A stretch of DNA of 64,000 bases, taken from contig JAISZR010000001.1 in the NCBI GenBank assembly GCA_031284525.1, forward strand, positions 51,623 through 115,622, given 5' to 3'. The notes below the pieces were generated by a model, which had not been told where the DNA came from, searched no databases, and saw only the letters and a program-made list of their open reading frames with translations. Shown here piece after piece: positions 36,463 to 46,953 of this stretch (within the stretch, counting starts at the first letter, position 1; the number at the start of each line of letters is the position of its first letter). A program made the translations under genes and the position numbers. The stretch is from Oscillospiraceae bacterium (lineage in GTDB: Bacteria > Bacillota > Clostridia > Oscillospirales > Ruminococcaceae).

Positions 36463-38541
36463 ATGCCTAGAGAAGTTTCGCTGGAGTTAACTCGTAACAT
36501 AGGGATTATGGCGCACATTGATGCTGGAAAAACCACGACAACAGAAAGAATTTTGTTTTATACCGGGAAGACTCACAAAATCGGTGAGGTTCATGAGGGC
36601 GAAGCGACCATGGACTGGATGGAACAAGAGCAGGAGCGTGGAATTACGATTACCTCTGCGGCGACTACAACTTTCTGGAAAGGTCACCGTATAAACATAA
36701 TCGATACACCGGGGCACGTGGATTTTACGGCAGAAGTTGAGAGATCGCTCAGAGTGCTTGACGGTTCAGTCACTGTGTTTTGTGCAAAAGGTGGCGTTGA
36801 ACCGCAGTCGGAGACGGTTTGGAGGCAAGCTGATAAATACAAAGTTCCGCGGATGGCCTATGTTAACAAAATGGATATAATTGGCGCTGACTTTTTTAAT
36901 GTTGTTGCGATGATGAAACAGAGGTTAGGGTGCAATGCTGTCCCGATTCAGCTGCCAATTGGCAAGGAAGATACCTTCAGGGGTATTATTGATCTTGTTG
37001 AGATGCGCGCTTGCATTCACTATGATGATCTGGGTAAAGATATCAGAATTGAAGAAATTCCGGCAGATTTGCTTGAATTGACAAAAGAGTATCGCATGAA
37101 CATGCTTGAAGTTGTTGCTGAGCAGGATGAGGAACTCATGCACAAATATCTTTCGGGCGAGGAGCTGAGTGTAGCGGAGCTCAAGAGAGGAATTCGAAAG
37201 GGGACTATTGCAAATGATATGGTCCCGGTTTTGTGTGGGTCTTCGTATCGCAACAAAGGCGTGCAAGAGCTTTTAGATGCCGTTGTTGATTATATGCCGG
37301 CTCCTGTGGATGTCCCGGAGATAACGGGGATTAACCCTGAAACGGGTGAAAAGGGGATAAGAGAATCCGGCGACTCCGAACCGTTTGCAGCGCTGGCCTT
37401 CAAGATTGCGACGGACCCTTATGTTGGGAAGCTTTGTTTTTTCCGTGTTTATTCTGGCACTGTTAGCGCAGGTTCAACAATTTATAATGCCACCAAAGGC
37501 GAATCGGAAAGAATAGGGCGGATTTTGCAGATGCATGCAAACAACAGAAAAGATATAGATGTTTGCTATGCGGGTGATATTGCCGCTGCTGTGGGATTTA
37601 AGAACACGACGACGGGAGATACGCTTTGTGATCAGAAGCAGCCGATAATTCTGGAATCTATGGAATTTTCTGAGCCCGTTATAAGGGTGGCGATTGAGCC
37701 AAAGACAAAAATTGGGCAAGAAAAGATGGGAATTGCCCTTTCGAAATTGGCAGAAGAGGACCCGACTTTCAGAATGTATACGGATGAGGAAACAGGGCAG
37801 ACTATTATTGCCGGAATGGGTGAACTTCACCTTGAGATTATTGTTGATAGGTTGCTTCGTGAGTTTAAAGTTGAGGCCAACGTTGGGAAGCCGCAAGTTG
37901 CGTATAAAGAAACTGTAAAAGGGACTGCAGACGTTGATCACAAGTACGCAAGGCAGTCTGGTGGTCGCGGGCAATATGGGCATGTTAAGATCAGGCTGAA
38001 ACCCAACGAAAGTGGTAAAGGCTATGAGTTTGTCAATAAAATCGTTGGTGGTGTGATTCCAAAGGAATATATTCCCGCTGTTGATGCCGGAATTAAGGGT
38101 GCAATGCAAGCTGGAGTTTTGGCTGGGTACCCTGTTGTTGACTGTATTGTGGAGCTTTATGATGGTTCTTACCACGAGGTTGACTCTTCTGAAATAGCTT
38201 TTAAGATTGCTGGTTCAATGGCTTTTAAAGAGGCGATGAGGAGGGCAAATCCTGTCATCTTGGAACCGATCATGAAAGTTTGTGCCATAGTTCCAGAAGA
38301 ATATATGGGTGATGTTATGGGCGATCTTAATGCAAGGCGTGGGCAGATTCAGGGGATGGAATCTAGAAACGGTGCTAATCAGATAAACGCGTTTGTCCCT
38401 CTTTCTGAAATGTTTGGGTATTCAACAGATCTGCGTTCAAGAACTCAGGGAAGGGGACAGTATGTAATGGAGCCGAGTCATTATATTGAAGCTCCAAAAT
38501 CTGTTGCAGAGGGAATTATTAGCAGCAAATCGAAAAGCTGA
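36463..38541 (+). CDS. fusA: Elongation factor G
   Basis: [29 protein letters not shown], 692 aa. Position in the str operon. Confidence 0.99.
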   Translation: MPREVSLELTRNIGIMAHIDAGKTTTTERILFYTGKTHKIGEVHEGEATMDWMEQEQERGITITSAATTTFWKGHRINIIDTPGHVDFTAEVERSLRVLDGSVTVFCAKGGVEPQSETVWRQADKYKVPRMAYVNKMDIIGADFFNVVAMMKQRLGCNAVPIQLPIGKEDTFRGIIDLVEMRACIHYDDLGKDIRIEEIPADLLELTKEYRMNMLEVVAEQDEELMHKYLSGEELSVAELKRGIRKGTIANDMVPVLCGSSYRNKGVQELLDAVVDYMPAPVDVPEITGINPETGEKGIRESGDSEPFAALAFKIATDPYVGKLCFFRVYSGTVSAGSTIYNATKGESERIGRILQMHANNRKDIDVCYAGDIAAAVGFKNTTTGDTLCDQKQPIILESMEFSEPVIRVAIEPKTKIGQEKMGIALSKLAEEDPTFRMYTDEETGQTIIAGMGELHLEIIVDRLLREFKVEANVGKPQVAYKETVKGTADVDHKYARQSGGRGQYGHVKIRLKPNESGKGYEFVNKIVGGVIPKEYIPAVDAGIKGAMQAGVLAGYPVVDCIVELYDGSYHEVDSSEIAFKIAGSMAFKEAMRRANPVILEPIMKVCAIVPEEYMGDVMGDLNARRGQIQGMESRNGANQINAFVPLSEMFGYSTDLRSRTQGRGQYVMEPSHYIEAPKSVAEGIISSKSKS

Positions 38542-38582
38542 AAAGCTAATATCATTACTATTTGTAGGGAGGATAAAAAAAG

Positions 38583-39782
38583 ATGGCCAAGGAAAAGTTT
38601 GAGAGGACCAAGCCGCATGTAAATATCGGGACGATTGGACACGTTGATCACGGCAAAACGACGCTTACTGCAGCAATAACGAAAGTTTTGGCTTTTCAAG
38701 GGAAGGCTGAAGCGAGGGCTTATGACCAGATTGACAAAGCTCCAGAGGAGAGAGAGCGCGGAATAACAATTAACACAACGCATGTTGAATATCAGACGGA
38801 TGCGCGGCATTATGCGCATGTTGACTGCCCAGGACACGCTGACTATGTTAAAAACATGATTACAGGTGCGGCTCAGATGGATGGTGCCATTTTGGTGGTT
38901 TCCGCTGCAGATGGACCGATGCCACAAACACGTGAGCACATCGTTCTTGCTCGGCAGGTTGGCGTGCCGCACATCGTTGTCTTTATGAATAAAGTTGATC
39001 AGGTTGATGATCCCGAACTTTTGGACTTGGTAGAAATGGAAATTAGGGACTTGTTGACAAGCTATGATTTCCCGGGTGATACTACACCCATAATTAAGGG
39101 TTCAGCTCTTAAGATGTTGGAAGGGACGGCAACAGATGCAAATGACGCTTTATATGCACCTGTGTTGGAATTGATGAAAGCCGTTGATGAATATATTCCA
39201 ACGCCAGAGCGCAAAAAGGACTTGCCGTTTTTGCTGCCGGTTGAGGATGTTTTTACAATTACCGGGCGCGGTACCGTTGCAACGGGTAGAGTTGAACGGG
39301 GGCAGGTTAAAGTTGGCGACGAAGTCGAATTGGTCGGGATTAAGGATACACAAAAAACAACGGTGACTGGCGTTGAAATGTTTAAGAAAATTCTCGATTA
39401 TGCAGAGGCTGGGGATAATGTCGGCGTTTTGTTGCGTGGAATTCAGCGGACTGATATTCAACGCGGACAGGTTCTTTGCAAACCAGGTGTGGTAAAACCG
39501 CACACCAAATTCAAAGGTCAGGTTTATGTTTTGAAGAAAGAGGAAGGTGGGAGGCATACACCATTCTTTAACAATTACAGACCGCAGTTTTATCTGCGGA
39601 CAACTGATGTTACTGGTGTTGTTAGCCTGCCAGCTGGCGTTGAAATGTGCATGCCTGGTGATAACGTGGAGATTGATGTTGAGCTCATTACGCCGGTTGC
39701 AATCGAGGCAGGTCTTCGCTTTGCCATCCGTGAGGGTGGGCGGACTGTTGGATCTGGTGTTGTTGTCTCCGTTAGCTCCTAA
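38583..39782 (+). CDS. tuf: Elongation factor Tu
   Basis: [28 protein letters not shown]..., [12 protein letters not shown]. 399 aa. Confidence 0.99.
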   Translation: MAKEKFERTKPHVNIGTIGHVDHGKTTLTAAITKVLAFQGKAEARAYDQIDKAPEERERGITINTTHVEYQTDARHYAHVDCPGHADYVKNMITGAAQMDGAILVVSAADGPMPQTREHIVLARQVGVPHIVVFMNKVDQVDDPELLDLVEMEIRDLLTSYDFPGDTTPIIKGSALKMLEGTATDANDALYAPVLELMKAVDEYIPTPERKKDLPFLLPVEDVFTITGRGTVATGRVERGQVKVGDEVELVGIKDTQKTTVTGVEMFKKILDYAEAGDNVGVLLRGIQRTDIQRGQVLCKPGVVKPHTKFKGQVYVLKKEEGGRHTPFFNNYRPQFYLRTTDVTGVVSLPAGVEMCMPGDNVEIDVELITPVAIEAGLRFAIREGGRTVGSGVVVSVSS

Positions 39783-39854
39783 GAGCAGGTGAATTTGTAG
39801 ATTGTATTGAAGTATTTGGGACGTTGGAGAAAGATCTCTTTTAGGGGTGAGGTC

Positions 39855-39890
39855 CAGAGAGGGGAAGTTACAATCCTCTCTCTGTTTTAC
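39855..39890 (+). terminator. Rho-independent terminator of the str/tuf operon
   Basis: 10-bp stem ccagagaggg/cctctctctg (one G-U), 10-nt loop, followed by ttttactttt. Confidence 0.7.
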
Positions 39891-40025
39891 TTTTGGTGAA
39901 TGCCTTGCCCCATTCGAGTGAGAAACTGAGAAACTCCGGAGCGTTTGCCGGTTGGCAGACACGAGGGAAAATGGTGACGTTGGATGTCATTTGGGTTGCT
40001 ATGGTTTTTGTGGGGAGGGGTTTTA

Positions 40026-40469
40026 ATGTCCAAGATAGATTTGGTTAGAGCAGAAATGATGAAGTCTCTTAAGGAAAAAAATATGCCAAGGAAGGAAGCG
40101 CTTTCCCTGCTACTTTCGGCACTAAAGGCTAAATTCATTGATAAGCGCGAAGAACTCACGGAAGCGGAGGAAAATGCAATTGTTATGAAGGAAATCAGGC
40201 AGGTGAGAGAAACCCTCGAAACGGCTGATAACAGGCAAGATTTGATTGATGAGTGTAATCTCAAAATAGCGATTTATTCTGAGTTTGCGCCTCAGCTGAT
40301 GAGTGAATCTGAAATTGAAAAAATGATTAACGAAACGTTGATCAATCTTAAGATATCTGACCCTGTGGCGAAGGATAAAGGGTTGATTATGAAAAATTTG
40401 CCAGCGGAACTTAAAGCTCACGCCGACATGAGGTTAGTCAATAAAATTGTTGAAAACTTACTGAAGTGA
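40026..40469 (+). CDS. yqeY: GatB/YqeY domain-containing protein
   Basis: LVRAEMMKSLKEKNMPRKEALSLLLSALK...IVMKEIRQVRETLE matches the YqeY family pattern. The internal ATG at 40026 is preferred. Confidence 0.8.
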   Translation: MSKIDLVRAEMMKSLKEKNMPRKEALSLLLSALKAKFIDKREELTEAEENAIVMKEIRQVRETLETADNRQDLIDECNLKIAIYSEFAPQLMSESEIEKMINETLINLKISDPVAKDKGLIMKNLPAELKAHADMRLVNKIVENLLK

Positions 40470-40784
40470 TGTCTTACTGTTAGGAAAATAAACTATTAGT
40501 TCACAAAAATGTTTCATTTGGCCGTGGGGCTAAAGACGCAACGTGTTGGTGGTAGGCGCGTCAACTTTGAGAACAAATGCCAGTGAGGCTTGCTTATGGC
40601 CGTAATAAATGTGGTATAACAACATAAACTAGTAAATTTAAGGTCGAAAATATAATATACTGCCCAAAATTACAGGCATTCTGCAAGAGGAATTGAGTTG
40701 TAAATTAGTACTTGAAAGAATGCTAAAAATGGGGTACCATTGGCGTATTATATTCCGAATAGATTTAGGGGGAGGCATTTCGAA

Positions 40785-41045
40785 GTGGAGATACTTAAAG
40801 TTTCAGCAAAGTCCAGTCCAAATGCAGTAGCAGGTGCAATAGCAGGAGCCATAAGAGAAAGAGGGGAAGTAGAAGTGCAAGCCGTTGGGGCCGGAGCTGC
40901 AAACCAAGCTATAAAAGCGGTAGCGATAACGAGGGGATATTTGGCGCCAACCGGCATTGATGTGATTTGTATTCCTGCTTTTACAAATGTTTTGATTGAT
41001 GGTGAGGAAAGGACGGCAGTTAAATTACTTATTGAACCTCGATGA
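40785..41045 (+). CDS. spoVS: Stage V sporulation protein S
   Basis: GTG at 40785 follows AGGGGGAGG. The 86-aa product EILKVSAKSSPNAVAGAIAGAIRERGEVEVQAVGAGAANQAIKAVAITRGYLAPTGIDVICIPAF...LLIEPR matches SpoVS end to end. Confidence 0.95.
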   Translation: MEILKVSAKSSPNAVAGAIAGAIRERGEVEVQAVGAGAANQAIKAVAITRGYLAPTGIDVICIPAFTNVLIDGEERTAVKLLIEPR

Positions 41046-41362
41046 TATTGTTTTTGCGGAGAATGGTAGATACGATTGAACATGGAGCAATTTGCTGCGT
41101 TTACTGTGGCAAGTTGCTTCGTTTATATCTTCCAGATCAAATTGTTATTGGCCCTAGTAAGATTGCGCAAATTGTGAAGTTACCAGGAATAAGGCGCACG
41201 AAACACACAAAAAGGACACGCCGGAGTGTTGTTCCGACATGTCCCAGTTACTGAGGAAGTAAACGATTAACAAGGAAATCGACGCGCACATTCTACCACA
41301 TAAATAGTTAAATGTAAATCTTCGTAACCCTAGATTTTCGACAAAATTCAATTCATTTTATT

Positions 41363-44197
41363 TCAGGGCAGATATTTTTTTAGGTATTGCCCGGTATATG
41401 AAGAACTGCACGCAGCGACCTCTTCTGGAGTCCCTTGGCAAATAATGTTGCCACCCAAATCACCGCCTTCGGGTCCGAGGTCGATTGTATAATCGGCATT
41501 TTTTATAACGTCAAGATTATGCTCTATAGTGAGCACTGTGGCACCGCTGTCCACGAGTTTATGCAGCACGCTGATTAATCTATCCACATCAGCGACATGA
41601 AGACCCGTTGTCGGCTCGTCAAGGAGATACAAGTTTAAATTTGTGAAATGTTTTGAAAGTTCAGTTGCAAGTTTCACTCGCTGCGCCTCCCCACCCGAAA
41701 GCGTGGTTGCCGGTTGCCCAAGCTTGATATATCCTAGGCCAACATCAAACAGACACTGTATTTTGCGTTTTATTTTGGGGAAGTGTTTGAAAAAATTTAG
41801 GGCTTCTTCAACGGTCATTTCCAAGATGTCGCAGATATTTTTGTTTTTATATTTTATCGTCAAAGTTTCTTGATTATACCTCTTGCCAAGACAAACTTCG
41901 CATGGGATAAAAACATCCGGCAAAAAATGCATCTCAATTTTTGTTATGCCGTCACCTGCGCAAGCTTCACATCTGCCGCCCGAAACATTAAAAGAAAACC
42001 TACCCACATTATACCCTTTGGATTTTGCGTCAACTGTTTCGGCAAACAGCGCGCGAATGTCCGTAAACATCCCTGTGTAAGTTGCCGGATTCGAGCGTGG
42101 CGTGCGCCCGATTGGTGATTGATCCACGTTTATTATTTTTTTGATGTTACTGAGCCCCTCGATTTTTTTGTGCTTCCCCGGTGAAATATCGTACCCGTTG
42201 AGCGCACTATACAGTGCTTTATATAAAATTCCGTTGATTAATGTGCTTTTGCCAGAACCAGAGACTCCCGTGATCGCGACGAATTTGCCGAGCGGAATGG
42301 TAACATCTATGTTTTTGAGGTTGTTTTCTGCGGCGCCCCAAATTTTGATATATTTCCCATTGCCCGCTCTTCGCGTTGTTGGAACTGGTATTTTTCTTCT
42401 TCCACTGAGGTATGTGCCAGTTAATGAATCTTTGCAGGCTTTAATTTCCTCAATAGTCCCCTGACAAACGATTTCACCGCCGCTTATTCCCGCACTAGGC
42501 CCGATGTCAACAATGTGATCTGCTGCATACATGGTTTCTTCGTCGTGCTCAACAACGATGACGGTGTTTCCGATATCCCGCAGGTTTTTGAGTGCTGCGA
42601 TGAGTTTATCGTTATCTCTTGGATGAAGCCCGATGCTCGGTTCATCGAGTATATATATGACCCCAACCAGACCGGCACCAATCTGTGTTGCAAGCCGCAA
42701 TCTTTGGCTTTCTCCACCGGAAATCGTTGCTGCTGAGCGTGAAAGGGTCAGATAAGAGAGCCCGACGTTTTGCAAAAAAGTGAGTCTGCTCTTAATTTCT
42801 TTGATTATTCGGCCTGCAATTAGCAAATCCGTTGGGGTCAGCTTGAGTTCGTCCATGAACAACAGGGATTCTTTGACTGACATATTGCAGAATTCACCGA
42901 TGTTTTTGCCACAAACCGTCACCGCCAACACTTCATTTTTAAGACGGGCTCCATTGCAGGTTGGGCAACTGACTTCCCGCATATACTTTCTGAGTTCATC
43001 TTTGATCAAATCGCTTGTTGATTCTTTGAACCTGCGTTCGATATTGTTGATGACGCCTTCGAATTTTCCAATGAAAGGAATCAAATTTCCGCCTATCTGC
43101 CTGCAAAACGCAATTTTTTCTTTTGTGCCATAGAGGATGGCATTCATCACTTCGGGGGAGAGTTTAGAAACTGGCACATTGAGGGAAAACTGAAGGTGTT
43201 TTGCAAGACCTTCAAGATATGCACTAGCTATGCTACCAGTTGCAAAAAGCCAGCCAGAAACTTTAATTGCGCCTTCGTTGATGCTGAGCTCTTTGTTTGG
43301 AATTATCATGTCAGGGACTACTTTTAGCAACGACCCGAGACCAGTGCAATCGGGGCACGCACCGAACGGATTATTAAATGAAAACATTCGAGGCTCAAGC
43401 TTTTCGATGCAAACGTTGTGTTCTGGGCAGGCATAATCTTTTGAAAAAGAGATATTATGCTCACCCACTTCGTCTTCACCCGTGACGTTGATGACGACGG
43501 AAGAGGCCTTTAGGTTGAAGGCATGTTCAAGTGCTTCGGCAATTCTAGATCTTAAGTCATCCTTGACAATCAAGCGGTCTATTATTACCTCGATTGTGTG
43601 CTTTTTGTTTTTTTCTAATTTGATTTCTTCGTCGAGGTCGAAAATGCGGCCGTCTATCCTAGCGCGTATGTACCCACTTTTTTGAGCATCAGACAAAACA
43701 GTTTTGTGTGTACCTTTCTCACCTTTAACAAGTGGCGCCATTATTTGAATTTTTTTGTTGGCGGCAACAATAAAAATTTGGTCTATTATTTGATCTATTG
43801 TTTGATGATGAATTTCTCTGCCGCAAACGTAACAGTGTGCCACCCCGATTTTGGCGTAAAGGAGCCTCAAATAATCATATATCTCGGTTATTGTGCCAAC
43901 CGTTGATCTGGGATTGTGTGAGGTTGTTTTTTGATTGATTGAAATGGTTGGCGAAAGTCCCTCGATTAGTTCGACATTTGGTTTTTCTGCTTGGCCCAAA
44001 AACAACCTTGCGTATGAAGACAAACTTTCGATATATCTTCTTTGACCTTCGGCATAAATTGTGTCAAATGCCAGTGATGATTTGCCTGACCCAGAAACTC
44101 CAGTGAAGACAATTAATTTATCCCTTGGAATAGATAAATTTACATTTTTTAAATTGTTATCTTTTGCACCTTTAATTACTATGTCGTTCTTCGGCAT
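41363..44197 (-). CDS. uvrA: Excinuclease ABC subunit UvrA
   Basis: MPKNDIVIKGAKDNNLKNV..., two ABC modules (GVSGSGKSS, GVSGSGKST), Zn fingers. The start at 44197 is preferred over the ORF-track 44326. Confidence 0.97.
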   Translation of the reverse strand: MPKNDIVIKGAKDNNLKNVNLSIPRDKLIVFTGVSGSGKSSLAFDTIYAEGQRRYIESLSSYARLFLGQAEKPNVELIEGLSPTISINQKTTSHNPRSTVGTITEIYDYLRLLYAKIGVAHCYVCGREIHHQTIDQIIDQIFIVAANKKIQIMAPLVKGEKGTHKTVLSDAQKSGYIRARIDGRIFDLDEEIKLEKNKKHTIEVIIDRLIVKDDLRSRIAEALEHAFNLKASSVVINVTGEDEVGEHNISFSKDYACPEHNVCIEKLEPRMFSFNNPFGACPDCTGLGSLLKVVPDMIIPNKELSINEGAIKVSGWLFATGSIASAYLEGLAKHLQFSLNVPVSKLSPEVMNAILYGTKEKIAFCRQIGGNLIPFIGKFEGVINNIERRFKESTSDLIKDELRKYMREVSCPTCNGARLKNEVLAVTVCGKNIGEFCNMSVKESLLFMDELKLTPTDLLIAGRIIKEIKSRLTFLQNVGLSYLTLSRSAATISGGESQRLRLATQIGAGLVGVIYILDEPSIGLHPRDNDKLIAALKNLRDIGNTVIVVEHDEETMYAADHIVDIGPSAGISGGEIVCQGTIEEIKACKDSLTGTYLSGRRKIPVPTTRRAGNGKYIKIWGAAENNLKNIDVTIPLGKFVAITGVSGSGKSTLINGILYKALYSALNGYDISPGKHKKIEGLSNIKKIINVDQSPIGRTPRSNPATYTGMFTDIRALFAETVDAKSKGYNVGRFSFNVSGGRCEACAGDGITKIEMHFLPDVFIPCEVCLGKRYNQETLTIKYKNKNICDILEMTVEEALNFFKHFPKIKRKIQCLFDVGLGYIKLGQPATTLSGGEAQRVKLATELSKHFTNLNLYLLDEPTTGLHVADVDRLISVLHKLVDSGATVLTIEHNLDVIKNADYTIDLGPEGGDLGGNIICQGTPEEVAACSSSYTGQYLKKYLP

Positions 44198-44432
44198 GAT
44201 TCTCTCCCATCTAGGCTTGTTAAAGACAAAATCTTGCTTTATTATATCATATCTTTGAGTGCGTGCACAAAGACACAAGCGGAATGGAATATCCAGTAAT
44301 TGGGAGAAATGTGAGCAAATATACAAAAATGTAATTAATATGTACAGTTATTTAAGGATATATTTGACTACATTACAAAAACAAGATAATATTAATATAA
44401 AGTACGTGTCTGGGAAAAAGGAAGAAAAAAAC

Positions 44433-45548
44433 ATGATTTCGAAGAGTTTAGAATCAGCTTTAAACTTGGTGAGTCTGAATGTCCACAACCCTATGGTGTT
44501 GGTTAATACAAAATTTGAAATATTTTGGTTGAATCGAAGCTACGAAAACATTTTTGGGCAGGAAGTGGGGGCAACAGTCTCTGTCTTTTGTGAAAATTCA
44601 ATTAAATTCGAAGAAATAAAATGGGGTGAGCCGTTTATTTTAGAATGTGGCGTTCCGGTAACTGGGATTAGGTATGAAGTACGTGTTCATGCAGTTATTG
44701 ATGAAAATATTACTTATTATATGTTGGAGTTTGTTATGTCATCAGAGGTTGCTAAGATTGTTGAAAATAGCGATATGGAGGATATCCTAAGTACGTTTTC
44801 TTTTCAGTTTCGTTTTCCGATAAGCAGGATAGCAAATGTTACGGAATTCTTGGGCGAGAAACTAAAAAACATGGAGGAACCTGAAAAAACTGAGGCCTGT
44901 AAGCAGTTGGATGCGATTGATGGTAACTGTAGGCATTTGTTAAGAAGCTTTATGAATTTTTTGGATGTTGTAAAATATAGTGCCGGAATACACGAACTGG
45001 AACTTGGTATAGTTGAGATTAACGATTTTGTTTCGGCGTTGGTTAATGAATGTTCTGAATTAGTTCAGTTAAAGGGATTGACAATTGTTTTTAAACCTAG
45101 CCCTCGCCGGATATTTGCCGGGTTAGATAGCAATAAAATTACCCTCGCTCTAGTGAATGTTATTGTTAATTCCTGCACATACACGAGAGAGGGGAACCGA
45201 ATTGAAGTTTCTGTTGCTGCCAATGACGGGAAGGGATCGTTTTGTATATCGATAAAGGATTTTGGAATAGGCATGAGTAAAAAAGTGTTAGAAAGGGCGA
45301 CAATAGCGTATTATTCGGGGAATAGCGGGAACAGACATTATTCTCAAGGGCTTGGTTTGACTTTGGTAAAATATATAGTGGCGCTTCACAATGGCCAGTT
45401 ATTGATTGACTCAGAGGAAAATGAGGGGACTTTGGTGAAGATAGAGTTGCCATTTAACACGAGTGGGAATGATCCGCTTATCCTGCGTAGCCCAAACAGC
45501 GATCGCACTGGGGATAAATATTCGATAGTAAATGTGCAGTTTTCCTGA
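44433..45548 (+). CDS. Cytoplasmic histidine-kinase-like protein (PAS-like N-terminus, DHp-like helix without His, intact HATPase_c)
   Basis: N box LALVNVIVNSCTYT, G1 DFGIGMS, G2 GLGLTLV. At the H-box position it has SFQFRFPIS instead of SHELRTPL. No TM segment and no adjacent response regulator. ATG at 44433 follows GGAAAAAGGAAG. Confidence 0.7.
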   Translation: MISKSLESALNLVSLNVHNPMVLVNTKFEIFWLNRSYENIFGQEVGATVSVFCENSIKFEEIKWGEPFILECGVPVTGIRYEVRVHAVIDENITYYMLEFVMSSEVAKIVENSDMEDILSTFSFQFRFPISRIANVTEFLGEKLKNMEEPEKTEACKQLDAIDGNCRHLLRSFMNFLDVVKYSAGIHELELGIVEINDFVSALVNECSELVQLKGLTIVFKPSPRRIFAGLDSNKITLALVNVIVNSCTYTREGNRIEVSVAANDGKGSFCISIKDFGIGMSKKVLERATIAYYSGNSGNRHYSQGLGLTLVKYIVALHNGQLLIDSEENEGTLVKIELPFNTSGNDPLILRSPNSDRTGDKYSIVNVQFS

Positions 45549-45601
45549 GTTTCATACCCATTACACCGCCGAGATTACCGTCTAGAGTTAATATTACATT
45601 C

Positions 45602-45633
45602 GGATAGCCGCTTGCTGATGCGAGCGGCTATCC
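45602..45633. terminator. 11-bp perfect hairpin between convergent genes (possible bidirectional terminator)
   Basis: ggatagccgct-N10-agcggctatcc. No clear U-tract on either side. Confidence 0.45.
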
Positions 45634-45678
45634 CCCTATGTGGTCAAAAGGTTTTCTGCTGTTTTCCCCCTCGAAGAT

Positions 45679-46953
45679 TCAAATCACATTTAAAGCCACT
45701 TTTCCCCCGCTGCTAATAAGATTCTCAAAATTGAAGGTTTTTGCAAGTTTTTTCCTCATCTTTTCTGCCATTTTTGCCGCTTTGCCGGCCGTTGTCACGA
45801 GGTCACCAGGGCGGACCCAAGTATGATTGTATTCCGTGTAGATAAGGCCACTTGGACCCACAGGGCCCCAAGAACTACTTTCGAGATTCCCATTGCAGGT
45901 CTTGTTAATCAGATCTGTGTCGCCGCAGAGAATAATAAGCCCTTCAAGTGGATTAAAATTTCCGAAGGGAGGGTTCCAAGTAAAGCCATCTAGGTTAATT
46001 TTTTGATGGTCCCGTGATTTCATCTTAATTCGGATTGTGGGATTCGATGTTGTTGTGGTCGGTGTTACCGGATTTGGAGAGGATCCAGGTGAGGCCGAGG
46101 GTGTACGCGGCTTGAGTAATTGTGTGAATAAATCTTGATGTGTTGAATCTGAACGCACAGTCCGACTCAGTTCTTGTGAATACATTTCTCGTTCCTGTTG
46201 AGGAATTAACGATGAAGGTGCGGGAGATGTAGCTCTGGAGAGTGGTATGGGAGACACTTCTGTACTAAGGGAAGCGGGAGGTAGATATGAATGCGAAGAT
46301 AGAGACGAAGACGAAGAAACAAACGATTTAGATTGAGAGCCTCTTGGAGAAGAAACTTGTTTGTCATTTTCTGTTACAGCATACGAAGTTGGTGAATGAT
46401 AAACAGAGCAGGTGCTAAGGGAGTTACTAAGGGAAAGGCTGTTAAGGACGGGGGCGAGAGATTCCGGTGCCGGCTCACTAAGGTTGGGGAGAAGAGAAGT
46501 CGATGACAAGTTGACCCTTGGCGAATTTGGAATGATTTCATAGAAATCTGGTGGAACTTCTTGATACTCATACCTAGCTGGCCCACAAATAAAATATACA
46601 CAATGTTTATCGAGGTCCAATATAGAGTGCGCATGCAGAACATAGAAATGGGCGACATCAGTAAGTAAATATATTTCAAGCTTTTCTCTATACGCCATAA
46701 ATCTCCGTTCCAATTCACTTTTCACTGCCCGGGGGCAAATTTCTCTGGCCCTTTCTATTGTCATCTTGCAAGATCCAAAATGGCGATTGACTTCTGCAAT
46801 CTTTTCCATGAGTTCTTCCTTTGTAAATTCTTCATCACAACAGCTACAACAGTCAAACGGACCAGCGTGAGTGGGTACAGACATTTCTGCAAAGACAAGT
46901 AACCCGAGTACAATGCCCAGAATAGATTTTTTCGGTTTGTGATAGGCATACAT
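45679..46953 (-). CDS. Secreted protein of unknown function: signal peptide, CCSCC cluster, N-terminal domain, long Ser/Pro/Thr-rich linker, C-terminal domain
   Basis: N-terminal KKSILGIVLGLLVFAEMSVPTHA signal-like sequence. Low-complexity S/P/T stretch over roughly residues 150-325. I recognise no family motif. Confidence 0.6.
   Translation of the reverse strand: MYAYHKPKKSILGIVLGLLVFAEMSVPTHAGPFDCCSCCDEEFTKEELMEKIAEVNRHFGSCKMTIERAREICPRAVKSELERRFMAYREKLEIYLLTDVAHFYVLHAHSILDLDKHCVYFICGPARYEYQEVPPDFYEIIPNSPRVNLSSTSLLPNLSEPAPESLAPVLNSLSLSNSLSTCSVYHSPTSYAVTENDKQVSSPRGSQSKSFVSSSSSLSSHSYLPPASLSTEVSPIPLSRATSPAPSSLIPQQEREMYSQELSRTVRSDSTHQDLFTQLLKPRTPSASPGSSPNPVTPTTTTSNPTIRIKMKSRDHQKINLDGFTWNPPFGNFNPLEGLIILCGDTDLINKTCNGNLESSSWGPVGPSGLIYTEYNHTWVRPGDLVTTAGKAAKMAEKMRKKLAKTFNFENLISSGGKVALNVI

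Noticed and set aside
37474-39962. 233-aa and 270-aa minus-strand ORFs opposite fusA and tuf
   Set aside because: Antisense to two of the most conserved proteins known, and low-complexity Asn/Arg-rich. Rejected as spurious.
44198-44326. N-terminal 43-codon extension of uvrA in the ORF track, and the 58-codon extension of the kinase-like ORF (44259-44432)
   Set aside because: UvrA homologues begin at MPKNDIV..., and the kinase-like ORF has a good SD only before the ATG at 44433. The extensions would overlap each other in the divergent promoter region.
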